This document shows, piece after piece, positions 1 through 8,511 of a stretch of 64,000 nucleotides of DNA (position 1 is the stretch's first letter; each line of letters opens with the position of its first letter). This stretch comes from an archaeon (lineage in GTDB: Archaea; Nanobdellota; Nanobdellia; Woesearchaeales; GW2011-AR15), in the NCBI GenBank assembly GCA_018657065.1, contig JABHXU010000001.1:4703-68702 (forward strand), written 5' to 3'. Made by a program: the position numbers and the translations under genes. The notes under the pieces were generated by a model. That model saw only the letters and a list, made by a program, of their open reading frames with translations. It was not told the DNA's origin and searched no databases.

Positions 1-91
1 TTTTGTTTATATACTTCACAGAAAAATGTCTAGTGAAAAAATTTACTAGAAAGATAAAAAAATGGGCCACCCAGGATATGTGACCTCATAA

Positions 92-107
92 TAGCGAGGA
101 AAGGATT
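92..107 (-). repeat. 16-bp exact duplicate of the tRNA-iMet 3' end
   Basis: TAGCGAGGAAAGGATT at 92-107 is identical to 182-197. Confidence 0.9.
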
Positions 108-181
108 CCCTGAGAAACTTCGAAGGGTACAGGAACGAATAGTGACTGTATGTTCAAATTCTTAACGAGTTAAAAAAAGAG

Positions 182-256
182 TAGCGAGGAAAGGATTTGA
201 ACCTCCGACCTTTGGGTTATGAGCCCAACGAGCACTCCTGACTGCTCTACCTCGCT
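182..256 (-). tRNA. tRNA-Met(CAT), initiator type
   Basis: Reverse complement AGCGAGG...GGGCTCATAACCC...GGTTCAAATCC...CCTCGCTA; A1-U72 pair and GGG/CCC anticodon stem typical of initiator tRNA. Confidence 0.95.
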
Positions 257-327
257 ATGGTATTTCTGGAAATTTGTAGATCTTATAAATCTATCCCAAG
301 GTTTATAAATAGTGCGGGATTTCAGAA

Positions 328-681
328 ATGTACATGGGTAAGAAAGAAAAAGAAGAACAAGCAAGAAGAGAAGCATTGCAAGAAGAACTTCGAAGAATCA
401 AAATGCCTAGAGGAATTCAATCAATAGGAGTTCTTGATCAAAGAGTAGGAGGTTCACGATCACTTGTTCGATGTTTGGACGGAAAAACTAGAAATTGTAG
501 AATACCTGGAAGACTTAAAAGAAGACTTTGGGTAAGACCTGGTGATATTGTTCTAGTTGAACCATGGGAATTAAATCAAGATGATAGGGGAGATATCATT
601 TACAAATATTCTAAAGCACAAGTTAATTTACTTAGAAGAAAAGGTATGTTAGCTAGTCTTGATGAATTTGGCGGATTCTAA
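328..681 (+). CDS. eif1a: Translation initiation factor aIF-1A
   Basis: CLDGKTRNCRIPGRLKRRLWVRPGDIVLVEPW...RGDIIYKY motif; TTTATAAA box at ~302-309. Confidence 0.95.
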   Translation: MYMGKKEKEEQARREALQEELRRIKMPRGIQSIGVLDQRVGGSRSLVRCLDGKTRNCRIPGRLKRRLWVRPGDIVLVEPWELNQDDRGDIIYKYSKAQVNLLRRKGMLASLDEFGGF

Positions 682-1142
682 AATAAATCTTCATTATTTT
701 TTATTAAAATTATTAATAACCAGATCATTCCTATTGATATTGCACTATCTGCAATATTAAAGACTGGCCAATAATGAAAATCAATAAAATCAACTACATA
801 TCCTAAAAAAAATCTATCAATTAAATTTCCTAAAGTTCCTGCAAATATTAATCCAAATTGGATTGGATACTTTTTTCTTTTAAGATAAATGTACATAAAA
901 AAACCAAATATCAATATTGAAATTATTAAAAATAAAGTATTAGCTCCTTTTAATAATCCAAAACTAATTCCTGTGTTTCTTAAATATGTTAAAGAAAAAA
1001 AACTTAGAATTTTTTTTGAAGCATATGGTTCAAAATTTGTTCTAATTAGGAATTTTGTTATTTGATCAATGATCAAAACAACAAAAATAATTGCACTAAC
1101 CACGAAGTGCTTCGAGATAATTTTTTGCTTCTTGCTCATCAT
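678..1142 (-). CDS. lspA: Signal peptidase II (lipoprotein signal peptidase)
   Basis: DQITK, NTGISFG, GNLIDR, GYVVDFI, PVFNIADSAI motifs and four hydrophobic segments. Confidence 0.92.
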   Translation of the reverse strand: MMSKKQKIISKHFVVSAIIFVVLIIDQITKFLIRTNFEPYASKKILSFFSLTYLRNTGISFGLLKGANTLFLIISILIFGFFMYIYLKRKKYPIQFGLIFAGTLGNLIDRFFLGYVVDFIDFHYWPVFNIADSAISIGMIWLLIILIKNNEDLF

Positions 1143-1280
1143 TAAACACCTTTAACACTTTATGATTATCAAAATTTAAACAACATTCGTCATTAATATC
1201 CATAACTGTAACTTTATACATAACAAAATAATTACATTTTTGACATTTTACAATGTAGAATTTTTCATTTTTTAGGTTTG

Positions 1281-2198
1281 CTATTTTTTTTCACCTTTGT
1301 AAATTTTGTAAGCATATTCAACATCTTTTTTATCTAAAACTATAGCTGAAATAGCGTTACACATTCTTATTGCTTCAGTTAACTCTTTTTGATGAATATT
1401 TCTTCCTGTTGCGTTTCCTCTTGCTCCACTAATATGGATTTGATCATGTGTATCTTTTAAAAATTTTTTAACAGATTTAGGTGATCCGCCTGATGCTATT
1501 ACACCTGTTCTTCCTGCTGCAGTTGTAGCTTCTTTAAATGCAACAGCAGGATTTTTTGCTTCAGGGTAGGTTACTTTAACAAAATCTGCACCAAGTGATA
1601 CAGCTACACCACATGCACCAGCTATTAATTTAGGATGTTTAGGTTTTTTTACAGATCTTCCCCTTGGATAAATCCATAATACTGCAATCATTCCATTTTG
1701 ATGTGCCCATGTAATTAGCCTTCCTGCCTCACTAAGCATTGCTTGTTCAAATTCACTTCCTAAATAAAGAGTGTACCCAATTCCAACAATATTAAGTCCA
1801 TTTTCTTTTAACACTAAAACATCTTCAAAGTCAACTAATGATTGTGAAAGTGGTTCACCTGGAACTAATTTAGATCTTGAATTAATTTTAACTAAATATG
1901 GTACTTTTTTGTAGTCATTTCCATATCTAGAAATTAAACCATGTTGAGCTGCAAAAACTCCAATTTTTGCTTTACTTGCTATTTTAAAAAAATGTTCGGG
2001 ATCTGCATCTTCTGTGCTAATTCCTTTTCCAACAAAATCTTCATTTAAATGTTCTAATCGTTGATCTCCTGCAAAAAGCATTAAATTACCAGTATATTTA
2101 GTTGCAGTTAAAAAGCTTTTAACATAATGTTTTTTCATTGACTTAGGTACATCTGCAGGAACTTTGACGTTTTTTGAATGTAATTTAATATTAACCAC
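1281..2198 (-). CDS. Class I fructose-bisphosphate aldolase (DhnA/FbaB-like family); start uncertain
   Basis: AGDQRLEH, AVLWIYPRG, LGADFVKVTYP (Schiff-base Lys), ASGG, GNATGRNIHQ. Confidence 0.88.
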   Translation of the reverse strand: MVNIKLHSKNVKVPADVPKSMKKHYVKSFLTATKYTGNLMLFAGDQRLEHLNEDFVGKGISTEDADPEHFFKIASKAKIGVFAAQHGLISRYGNDYKKVPYLVKINSRSKLVPGEPLSQSLVDFEDVLVLKENGLNIVGIGYTLYLGSEFEQAMLSEAGRLITWAHQNGMIAVLWIYPRGRSVKKPKHPKLIAGACGVAVSLGADFVKVTYPEAKNPAVAFKEATTAAGRTGVIASGGSPKSVKKFLKDTHDQIHISGARGNATGRNIHQKELTEAIRMCNAISAIVLDKKDVEYAYKIYKGEKK

Positions 2199-2283
2199 CT
2201 CACAAAATAATATTTATTATTCATGTATATAAAGATTTCTTAGAACAAAAAATATTTATAGTCCAGTTTAGCTAAAAAATACT

Positions 2284-2892
2284 ATGAAATCAAAAAAAGG
2301 TTCAGTAATCATAGGGATTGTAATTATTGTATTAGTTGTATTATTATCTGTGACTAGCTATTATTTATTTTTTGCAAAAACTACTTGCACAGATTCAGAC
2401 AAAGGAAAAGATTATATGGTTAAAGGAACAGCTTATGGACTTCTTCCTAGATCAGATGAGGAATTTGAAATTTATGTAGATGAATGTTTAACAAAAAACG
2501 CAGATGGTGATAATTTAAAAGAAACTTTTTGTAATGAAGACAAAAGGGTTGAGTTTGAATTTTATAAATGTCCAAGAGGTTGCACAGATGGTGCATGTAG
2601 ATTAAATGAAAAAGTTTCTTGTGTAGATAGCGATGGTGGAAAAAATTATGAAATGCAAGGATCAATAATTGATGATATTCATGAAATGTATCCAAGTGAT
2701 TATTGTATTAGTGCAAAAACTATTGAAGAAGCAAAACTAGTTGGAGGACATGATGTTGAAGAATCTCCAATTTTAGCTGAAAGATATTGTAGAAACGATA
2801 TTAATTATGATCCTAATGGAAATGGAAATCATAAAACTGAATTTTATGAATGTCCTGGAATTTGTAGACACGGTGAATGTGTTCCTTCTTAA
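2284..2892 (+). CDS. Membrane-anchored Cys-rich surface protein with two CxDSDxG repeats
   Basis: N-terminal KKG plus hydrophobic helix; repeats CTDSDKGKDY..G and CVDSDGGKNY..G each ending in CPxGCxxGxC-like motif. Confidence 0.8.
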   Translation: MKSKKGSVIIGIVIIVLVVLLSVTSYYLFFAKTTCTDSDKGKDYMVKGTAYGLLPRSDEEFEIYVDECLTKNADGDNLKETFCNEDKRVEFEFYKCPRGCTDGACRLNEKVSCVDSDGGKNYEMQGSIIDDIHEMYPSDYCISAKTIEEAKLVGGHDVEESPILAERYCRNDINYDPNGNGNHKTEFYECPGICRHGECVPS

Positions 2893-2961
2893 TTTTTAAT
2901 TATCATACGTTATCATACTTTCGCAAAATTTTTAAAGTAGTTATCTCTTTGAAAACTTAAA

Positions 2962-3795
2962 ATGAAAGAGAGAATAACTATAACACTTGATTCTGATACA
3001 TTAAACCTATTGGACAATAAAATTGATGGTAAAAAAATTAAAAATAGAAGTCATGCAATTGAAGTATTACTTCATAGAGTTTTAGGGAAAAATCATCCAA
3101 AAAAAGCAATATTATTACTTGGTGGAAAAGGAACTAGACTTAGACCTATTACTTATGAAATGCCTAAGGCTCTTCTTCCAGTTCAAGGAAAAACAGTTCC
3201 TGAACATTTGATTGAATTATTTAAAAAATATGATATTACTGAATTTATATTTTCAATTGGATATAAAGCTCAAAAAATTATGGATTATTATGGAGATGGT
3301 TCCAAATATGGAGTTAAAATTACATATGTAAAAGAAGATGAACCACTAGGAAGTGCAGGAGCAATAAAACTTGCTGCAAAACACTTAAATGAAACTTTTT
3401 TAGTTACAAATGGAGATGAACTTAAAGATATAGATCTAGAAGAAATGTTTTTATTTCATAAAAAGCATAAAGCACTTGTTACTGCAGCATTAACAACAGT
3501 TACAGATCCATCAGCTTACGGAGTAGCAAAATTAGAAGGAAGCAAAATTTTAGAATTTGTTGAAAAACCTAAGCTTGAAGAAGCACCTTCAAAATTAATT
3601 AATTCAGGGCTTTCAATTTGGGAACCTGAGGCTATCGATTTAATTCCTAATGGTTTTTCAATGTATGAAAAAGATATTTTTCCTCAGTTAGCAGGAAAAA
3701 AGAAGTTATATGGGTATATTTTTTCAGGTCAATGGTTTGATACAGGAACTCATGAAAGATATGAAACAGCAATAAAAGAATGGAGAGGAATTTAA
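2962..3795 (+). CDS. NDP-sugar pyrophosphorylase (mannose-1-phosphate guanylyltransferase-like) with N-terminal ribbon-helix-helix domain
   Basis: ERITITLD...NRSHAIE RHH pattern; AILLLGGKGTRLRPITYEMPKALLPV, EPLGSAGA, FVEKP, WFDTGT. Confidence 0.88.
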   Translation: MKERITITLDSDTLNLLDNKIDGKKIKNRSHAIEVLLHRVLGKNHPKKAILLLGGKGTRLRPITYEMPKALLPVQGKTVPEHLIELFKKYDITEFIFSIGYKAQKIMDYYGDGSKYGVKITYVKEDEPLGSAGAIKLAAKHLNETFLVTNGDELKDIDLEEMFLFHKKHKALVTAALTTVTDPSAYGVAKLEGSKILEFVEKPKLEEAPSKLINSGLSIWEPEAIDLIPNGFSMYEKDIFPQLAGKKKLYGYIFSGQWFDTGTHERYETAIKEWRGI

Positions 3796-3801
3796 TTTAA
3801 A

Positions 3802-5136
3802 ATGGGAGGAATATTCAAAGCTTACGATATTAGAGGAATTTATGGTGAAACAATTAATGAAGATATTGTTTATAGAATTGGAAGAGCATATGTATTAAAA
3901 TTTAAAACTAAAAAAATAACAATTGGAAGAGATTGTAGAATATCTTCACCTAAATTATTCGAAGCTTTAGTTAGAGGAGTCACTGATCAAGGATGTGATG
4001 TTTTAGATATTGGTTTAGTATCAACTCCTATGATGTATTTTTCTGTTTGGAAGTTTAAACATGATGGAGGAATAGTAATTACAGCTAGTCATAATCCACC
4101 TAAATATAATGGATTAAAAATGGTCAGGGAAGATTCTATTCCTATTGGTGGAGAAACAGGGATTTATGAAATTGAAGAGATGATTAAAGATCTTCCTAGT
4201 GAATTACCTGAAAAAAAAGGAATTGTTGCAGATTTTAATGTTTTTGATCCTTATTTAGAACATATAACTAATTATATGGATTTAACTAAATTAAAAAAAT
4301 TCAATATTGCAATTGATACTGCGAACGGAATGGCAGGACCTATAGCAGCAGTATTTTTTGATAAACTTGATTGTGATTTGATTCACATGTATCCAGTTTT
4401 AGATGGGAATTTTCCTAATCATGAAGCTAATCCATTAAAAGAAGAAAATGTTGAAGATCTAAAAAAAATAGTTATTGAGAAAAAATGTGATATTGGAATA
4501 GCTTTTGATGGTGATTCTGATAGATGTAGTTTTGTTGATGAAAAAGGACAAATAGTACCTTCAGATTATGTTATTGCATTAGTAGCTAAAGAAATGTTAA
4601 AAGAACATAAAGGCAAAACAATTCTTTATGATGTTAGATGTTCACGAATTGTGGGGAAAGTTATTAAGGATAATGGCGGAAAAACAGGTAGATGTCCAGT
4701 AGGTCATTCATTAGTTAAAAAACAAATGAGAGAACAAGATATTTATTTTGCAGGTGAACTTTCTTCACATTTTTACTATCAAGAAGAACATTATGCTGAA
4801 GCACCATTTTTTGTTATTTTAAAAATTCTTCAAATAATGACAGAAGAAAATAAACCACTTTCAGAACTAGTAGAACCATTAAAAGTGTATTCACATACTG
4901 GAGAGATTAATTCTAAAGTTGAAGATAAATCTGGCAAGATGAAAGAACTAGCAGAAAAATTTAGTGATGGAAATGTAAGTTATTTAGATGGTGTTACTGT
5001 TGAATATACTGATTGGTGGTTTAATGTTAGACCTAGTAATACTGAGCCTTATTTAAGGCTTAATTTAGAAGCAGATACTAAGGAGTTAATGGATGAAAAA
5101 AGAGATTTGGTGTTAGGAATAATTAGAAACAACTAA
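3802..5136 (+). CDS. Phosphomannomutase/phosphoglucomutase
   Basis: FKAYDIRG, TASHNP, FDGDSDR, GELSSH, RPSNTEP. Confidence 0.95.
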   Translation: MGGIFKAYDIRGIYGETINEDIVYRIGRAYVLKFKTKKITIGRDCRISSPKLFEALVRGVTDQGCDVLDIGLVSTPMMYFSVWKFKHDGGIVITASHNPPKYNGLKMVREDSIPIGGETGIYEIEEMIKDLPSELPEKKGIVADFNVFDPYLEHITNYMDLTKLKKFNIAIDTANGMAGPIAAVFFDKLDCDLIHMYPVLDGNFPNHEANPLKEENVEDLKKIVIEKKCDIGIAFDGDSDRCSFVDEKGQIVPSDYVIALVAKEMLKEHKGKTILYDVRCSRIVGKVIKDNGGKTGRCPVGHSLVKKQMREQDIYFAGELSSHFYYQEEHYAEAPFFVILKILQIMTEENKPLSELVEPLKVYSHTGEINSKVEDKSGKMKELAEKFSDGNVSYLDGVTVEYTDWWFNVRPSNTEPYLRLNLEADTKELMDEKRDLVLGIIRNN

Positions 5137-5178
5137 ACAGTAGTAACATTTAAATAATGAATTAAAAATCTTTTACTA

Positions 5179-5811
5179 ATGTCATTAATTTATTTTGAGG
5201 ATAAATTAGGTAAACTTGGTTATAGTAACATTTCTAGATTAGATCCTGCCTCAAATGAAATATACAAAGCAACTATGGGCGATAATATTTCTGTAGTTTT
5301 AAGACTTGGGATGAAAAATAGGTTTACACATGGTACTGATCCATGGACTCTAGCTACTTCTCAAGTAATAACAGAAAAAATGGTTTCTGATAAAGTTGAA
5401 CATGATGCATTAGCAAGAGTTTTAGCATATCATGAAATTCCTATAGAATCATCAGATTTATTTGGTGCTGTTCATCAAGTTTCTGAGGATAACTTGCTTA
5501 AATTAATTGCAAGACAGTATATTCCTGGAAGATCTTTAAAAAGAGGAGAATTAATCACAGATCAAATAAATCAAGATAGACTTTCGAGTCTTGTGAATTT
5601 ATTTCATAAAAATGGAATTGCAAGAATAGATTTAGATCATGCTGAAAATATTATTTTAGGGAATGATGGTTTAGTTTATGTAGGAGATGTTGGTCATTGT
5701 ATTTTTGAGGATAGTCGTTTTATAAGATCGGAATATTTTAAAGAAATGAAAGACAAAGATCAAGAAGATTTAAAGTATAGATTTGGAGAAAAAGATATAA
5801 AAAAAAATTAA
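5179..5811 (+). CDS. Hypothetical protein with protein-kinase-like C-lobe motifs
   Basis: FHKNGIARIDLDHAENII...VGDVG resembles the H..gi.H.Dl...Nil...DfG pattern. Confidence 0.55.
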   Translation: MSLIYFEDKLGKLGYSNISRLDPASNEIYKATMGDNISVVLRLGMKNRFTHGTDPWTLATSQVITEKMVSDKVEHDALARVLAYHEIPIESSDLFGAVHQVSEDNLLKLIARQYIPGRSLKRGELITDQINQDRLSSLVNLFHKNGIARIDLDHAENIILGNDGLVYVGDVGHCIFEDSRFIRSEYFKEMKDKDQEDLKYRFGEKDIKKN

Positions 5812-6311
5812 GCACTAGCTTCCATTTCAGCAATCATGGTTTTTAAGTGTTCAATTGTCCTTTTATTATCTTGTGGATTTAGTATTCTTCCACATTCAGG
5901 ACATTTATAATTAATTTCCATTGCTGATTCAAAGTTCATTCTAGTACATAAGCTTGGACAAATATAAAGACCATCTCTATATTCTTGTTCATTTTTTAAC
6001 TTTTCTTTTAATGTAACAAGTCTTTCAACTTGTAATTTTTCACTTAGTTCTACAAATCTTTTAGGATTTAAAGTCCAGTAACTAATATACCATCCTTTAA
6101 TTCTATCTTTTTTTCTCATATAAGTTGCTAAATGTAAATTATTTAATCTATAAAGGACATTTCTTACAAAGTGAATATCAACTTTTAAGTCTTGAGCGAC
6201 AGTGAATTCAGAAATATTTTCTTTGCCTTTTAGATACATAACTATTTCGATTGCATCTTCTCCTACTGCTTCTATTGTTGTTTTGGATAATAATTCTTTA
6301 TTGACTTTCAT
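5808..6311 (-). CDS. tfe: Transcription factor E alpha subunit
   Basis: Winged helix (VRNVLYRL...GWYISYW) plus Zn ribbon CPSLC...CPECG; start at MKVNK after GAGG. Confidence 0.9.
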   Translation of the reverse strand: MKVNKELLSKTTIEAVGEDAIEIVMYLKGKENISEFTVAQDLKVDIHFVRNVLYRLNNLHLATYMRKKDRIKGWYISYWTLNPKRFVELSEKLQVERLVTLKEKLKNEQEYRDGLYICPSLCTRMNFESAMEINYKCPECGRILNPQDNKRTIEHLKTMIAEMEASA

Positions 6312-6505
6312 CTTTACATACCTCTTTTTATACACTTAGTATTCTTTTGTCTTTGACAAATGAACACTGGTGTGATCAGGAACCATCATTACATGTGGTT
6401 CTTGACATGTGATTTAGATGGTGCAACCAAGTTACACCCCCGAATGATTACATTTACGGAATTTACTATTTATAAACTTTTCTATGCTTAATCACAATAA
6501 TTAGA

Positions 6506-6522
6506 TTTTGTCGTCGACAAAA
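6506..6522. promoter_or_regulatory. Perfect inverted repeat TTTTGTCG-T-CGACAAAA, candidate operator
   Basis: 8-bp dyad in the divergent tfe / wHTH-gene intergenic region. Confidence 0.45.
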
Positions 6523-6651
6523 CAAGAAATAATTATCGAATATTTTTTGTCATTATAGCGTAACACCGTCGAGAAATTAAAAATCAGTATTTGGACGAAA
6601 ATTAGAAAAACAACCAGAAAGTTTAAAAATCATTTATTTATAACTTTTTTT

Positions 6652-8352
6652 ATGTTACCTATTTTTAGCGAAGAAAGCTCAACAACAAGGGACAAAATAA
6701 TAAATATACTAGCGTCTAATCCAAGTATTAATACCAAGAAAATTAATTCTATTTTAAAAAAACATTATGCTCTAAATGTCACTTATCAAGCAATTCATAA
6801 AACTTTGAAGCAAATGGTAGATCAAGAAATTTTGGAAGTTAGAACAGATAAAACTTATATGATTTCTCAAAAATGGGTGGAATCTTTAAAGAGATTTGTT
6901 TCAAGGTTTGAAATATCAAGTAAACCTATAACTGAAGAATTAAATTATGAAGAAATATTTGATGAAAAAAATAAAGAATCAGTTAAATTAACTCTAAGAA
7001 CAAGAAAAGAATTTGATGATTTATATTTTAATATGAGAAAAATTCTTACTGAAAGAATGAAGAACCTTCCATTAAAGGAAAGGAATATTTATCATCATTT
7101 TGGTCATTCATATTACGGTTTGGCTCATCCTACTAGAGAGCATGATTATATTAATGATCTTAATAATATTAATGCTAAAGCGTATTATTTTTGTTTAGGT
7201 ACGACTGCGGTTGATATTTGGGCAACTAAAATTTATGAAAATTCTCCAATAAGAATAATTATGGGAAAGATTTTGGATTCATCAAGATTACTTTTCATAT
7301 ATCCTTCTGCAGTTGTTGAAATATACTATGGGTTAAGAACAGTTGAATTGTTCAATAAACTATATGGAAAAACTAAAGATATGAGAAAAATTAGATTCTC
7401 TGAATTTCTAAATGATTTATATTTAGTAGATGATACAATTAAAATAATTGTAAATAAGGATGAACATATAATTCAAAATTTAATAAATTTATCAAAAAAT
7501 ATTTTTAAAAAAGAGAAAGAAAAAGAGAAAAAAACTTATTTTGATGCTGCAGACAAAAAATTGAATCAGAAATTTCAAAGAGCTTATGATATTTTGACTA
7601 GGAGGGATATTAAAAGAGCAGGAGCAGGAGCTATTATTAATGATGTTAAATTAAGAGAAATTCTCGGAAATTCTTTGAAATATAATAAAAGATTTCAAAT
7701 AACTTATTATTGGGGAGCAGAAAAAGATTCTAAAAAACAAATAGCAGATGAAGTTGAAAAACTAGCTTTAGATAAATTAAAAGAAACAAAAGATTTGTTA
7801 GTTAAAGAGAAAATTAAAACAAGAGTTAATTTGTTATTTTGTGATATTCATGGAAAGTATTTTAATGGAATTACAGATCAAGAAATTAATAAATATTATA
7901 ATAGTATTAAAAAATTAACAGATGCTAGAGGAATCAGAATAATTAAACTTTCTGATCTTTATAAAAAATGGAATATCAAATTTAATTTAGATTATGAGGA
8001 TAAAAAAAATTCTAATTTTATTAAAGCAAAAAAACAAACAGAGACAATCTGGAATAAAAATAAACATTTAAAAAAATTATTAATTGGTATGTGTAAGAAA
8101 CACTCACGATTATTGCATAAACATTCTGCTGAAGATATTGCAAAAAGATATGCACTTATTCATTTGTTTGAAGATTCTTATTTAGCTAATGAATTTTCAA
8201 ATTCGGTGTTTTATGGATATTGTAGAAGGGAAACTCAAACACCTCTATCAAATTTACCAACTATTTTTACTTATTCAGTAAAAAGAGGTATCAGTGTTTG
8301 TCCTTGGTATTGGGACTGTCACGAAACACTTAATAATTATAAAATCAAATAA
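6652..8352 (+). CDS. Multidomain protein: N-terminal winged helix-turn-helix, C-terminal putative enzyme domain (isonitrile-synthase-like)
   Basis: RDKIINIL...VTYQAIHKTLKQMVDQEIL wHTH; C-terminal YWG...DEVEKLAL...LFCDIHG...Y...CPWY pattern. Confidence 0.6.
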   Translation: MLPIFSEESSTTRDKIINILASNPSINTKKINSILKKHYALNVTYQAIHKTLKQMVDQEILEVRTDKTYMISQKWVESLKRFVSRFEISSKPITEELNYEEIFDEKNKESVKLTLRTRKEFDDLYFNMRKILTERMKNLPLKERNIYHHFGHSYYGLAHPTREHDYINDLNNINAKAYYFCLGTTAVDIWATKIYENSPIRIIMGKILDSSRLLFIYPSAVVEIYYGLRTVELFNKLYGKTKDMRKIRFSEFLNDLYLVDDTIKIIVNKDEHIIQNLINLSKNIFKKEKEKEKKTYFDAADKKLNQKFQRAYDILTRRDIKRAGAGAIINDVKLREILGNSLKYNKRFQITYYWGAEKDSKKQIADEVEKLALDKLKETKDLLVKEKIKTRVNLLFCDIHGKYFNGITDQEINKYYNSIKKLTDARGIRIIKLSDLYKKWNIKFNLDYEDKKNSNFIKAKKQTETIWNKNKHLKKLLIGMCKKHSRLLHKHSAEDIAKRYALIHLFEDSYLANEFSNSVFYGYCRRETQTPLSNLPTIFTYSVKRGISVCPWYWDCHETLNNYKIK

Positions 8353-8399
8353 AATTACAGCAAATTTTATAAACACTGTCTAAATCCTAGACATATATC

Positions 8400-8474
8400 G
8401 CCCCTGTGGTGTAGTCCGGCCAATCATGCAGCCCTTTCGAGGCTGCGACCCGGGTTCGAATCCCGGCGGGGGCA
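8400..8474 (+). tRNA. tRNA-Glu(TTC)
   Basis: GCCCCTG acceptor, CAGCC-CT-TTC-GA-GGCTG anticodon arm, GGTTCGAATCC. Confidence 0.96.
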
Positions 8475-8511
8475 TATTTTTTTATATTTATTAATAAAAT
8501 AATTTGAAGAA

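Noticed and set aside
92-197. Repeat-spacer pattern as a CRISPR array
   Set aside because: Only two copies, tRNA-derived, spacer too long, no cas genes
170-376. 68-aa minus-strand ORF
   Set aside because: Overlaps tRNA-iMet and aIF-1A; no protein motif
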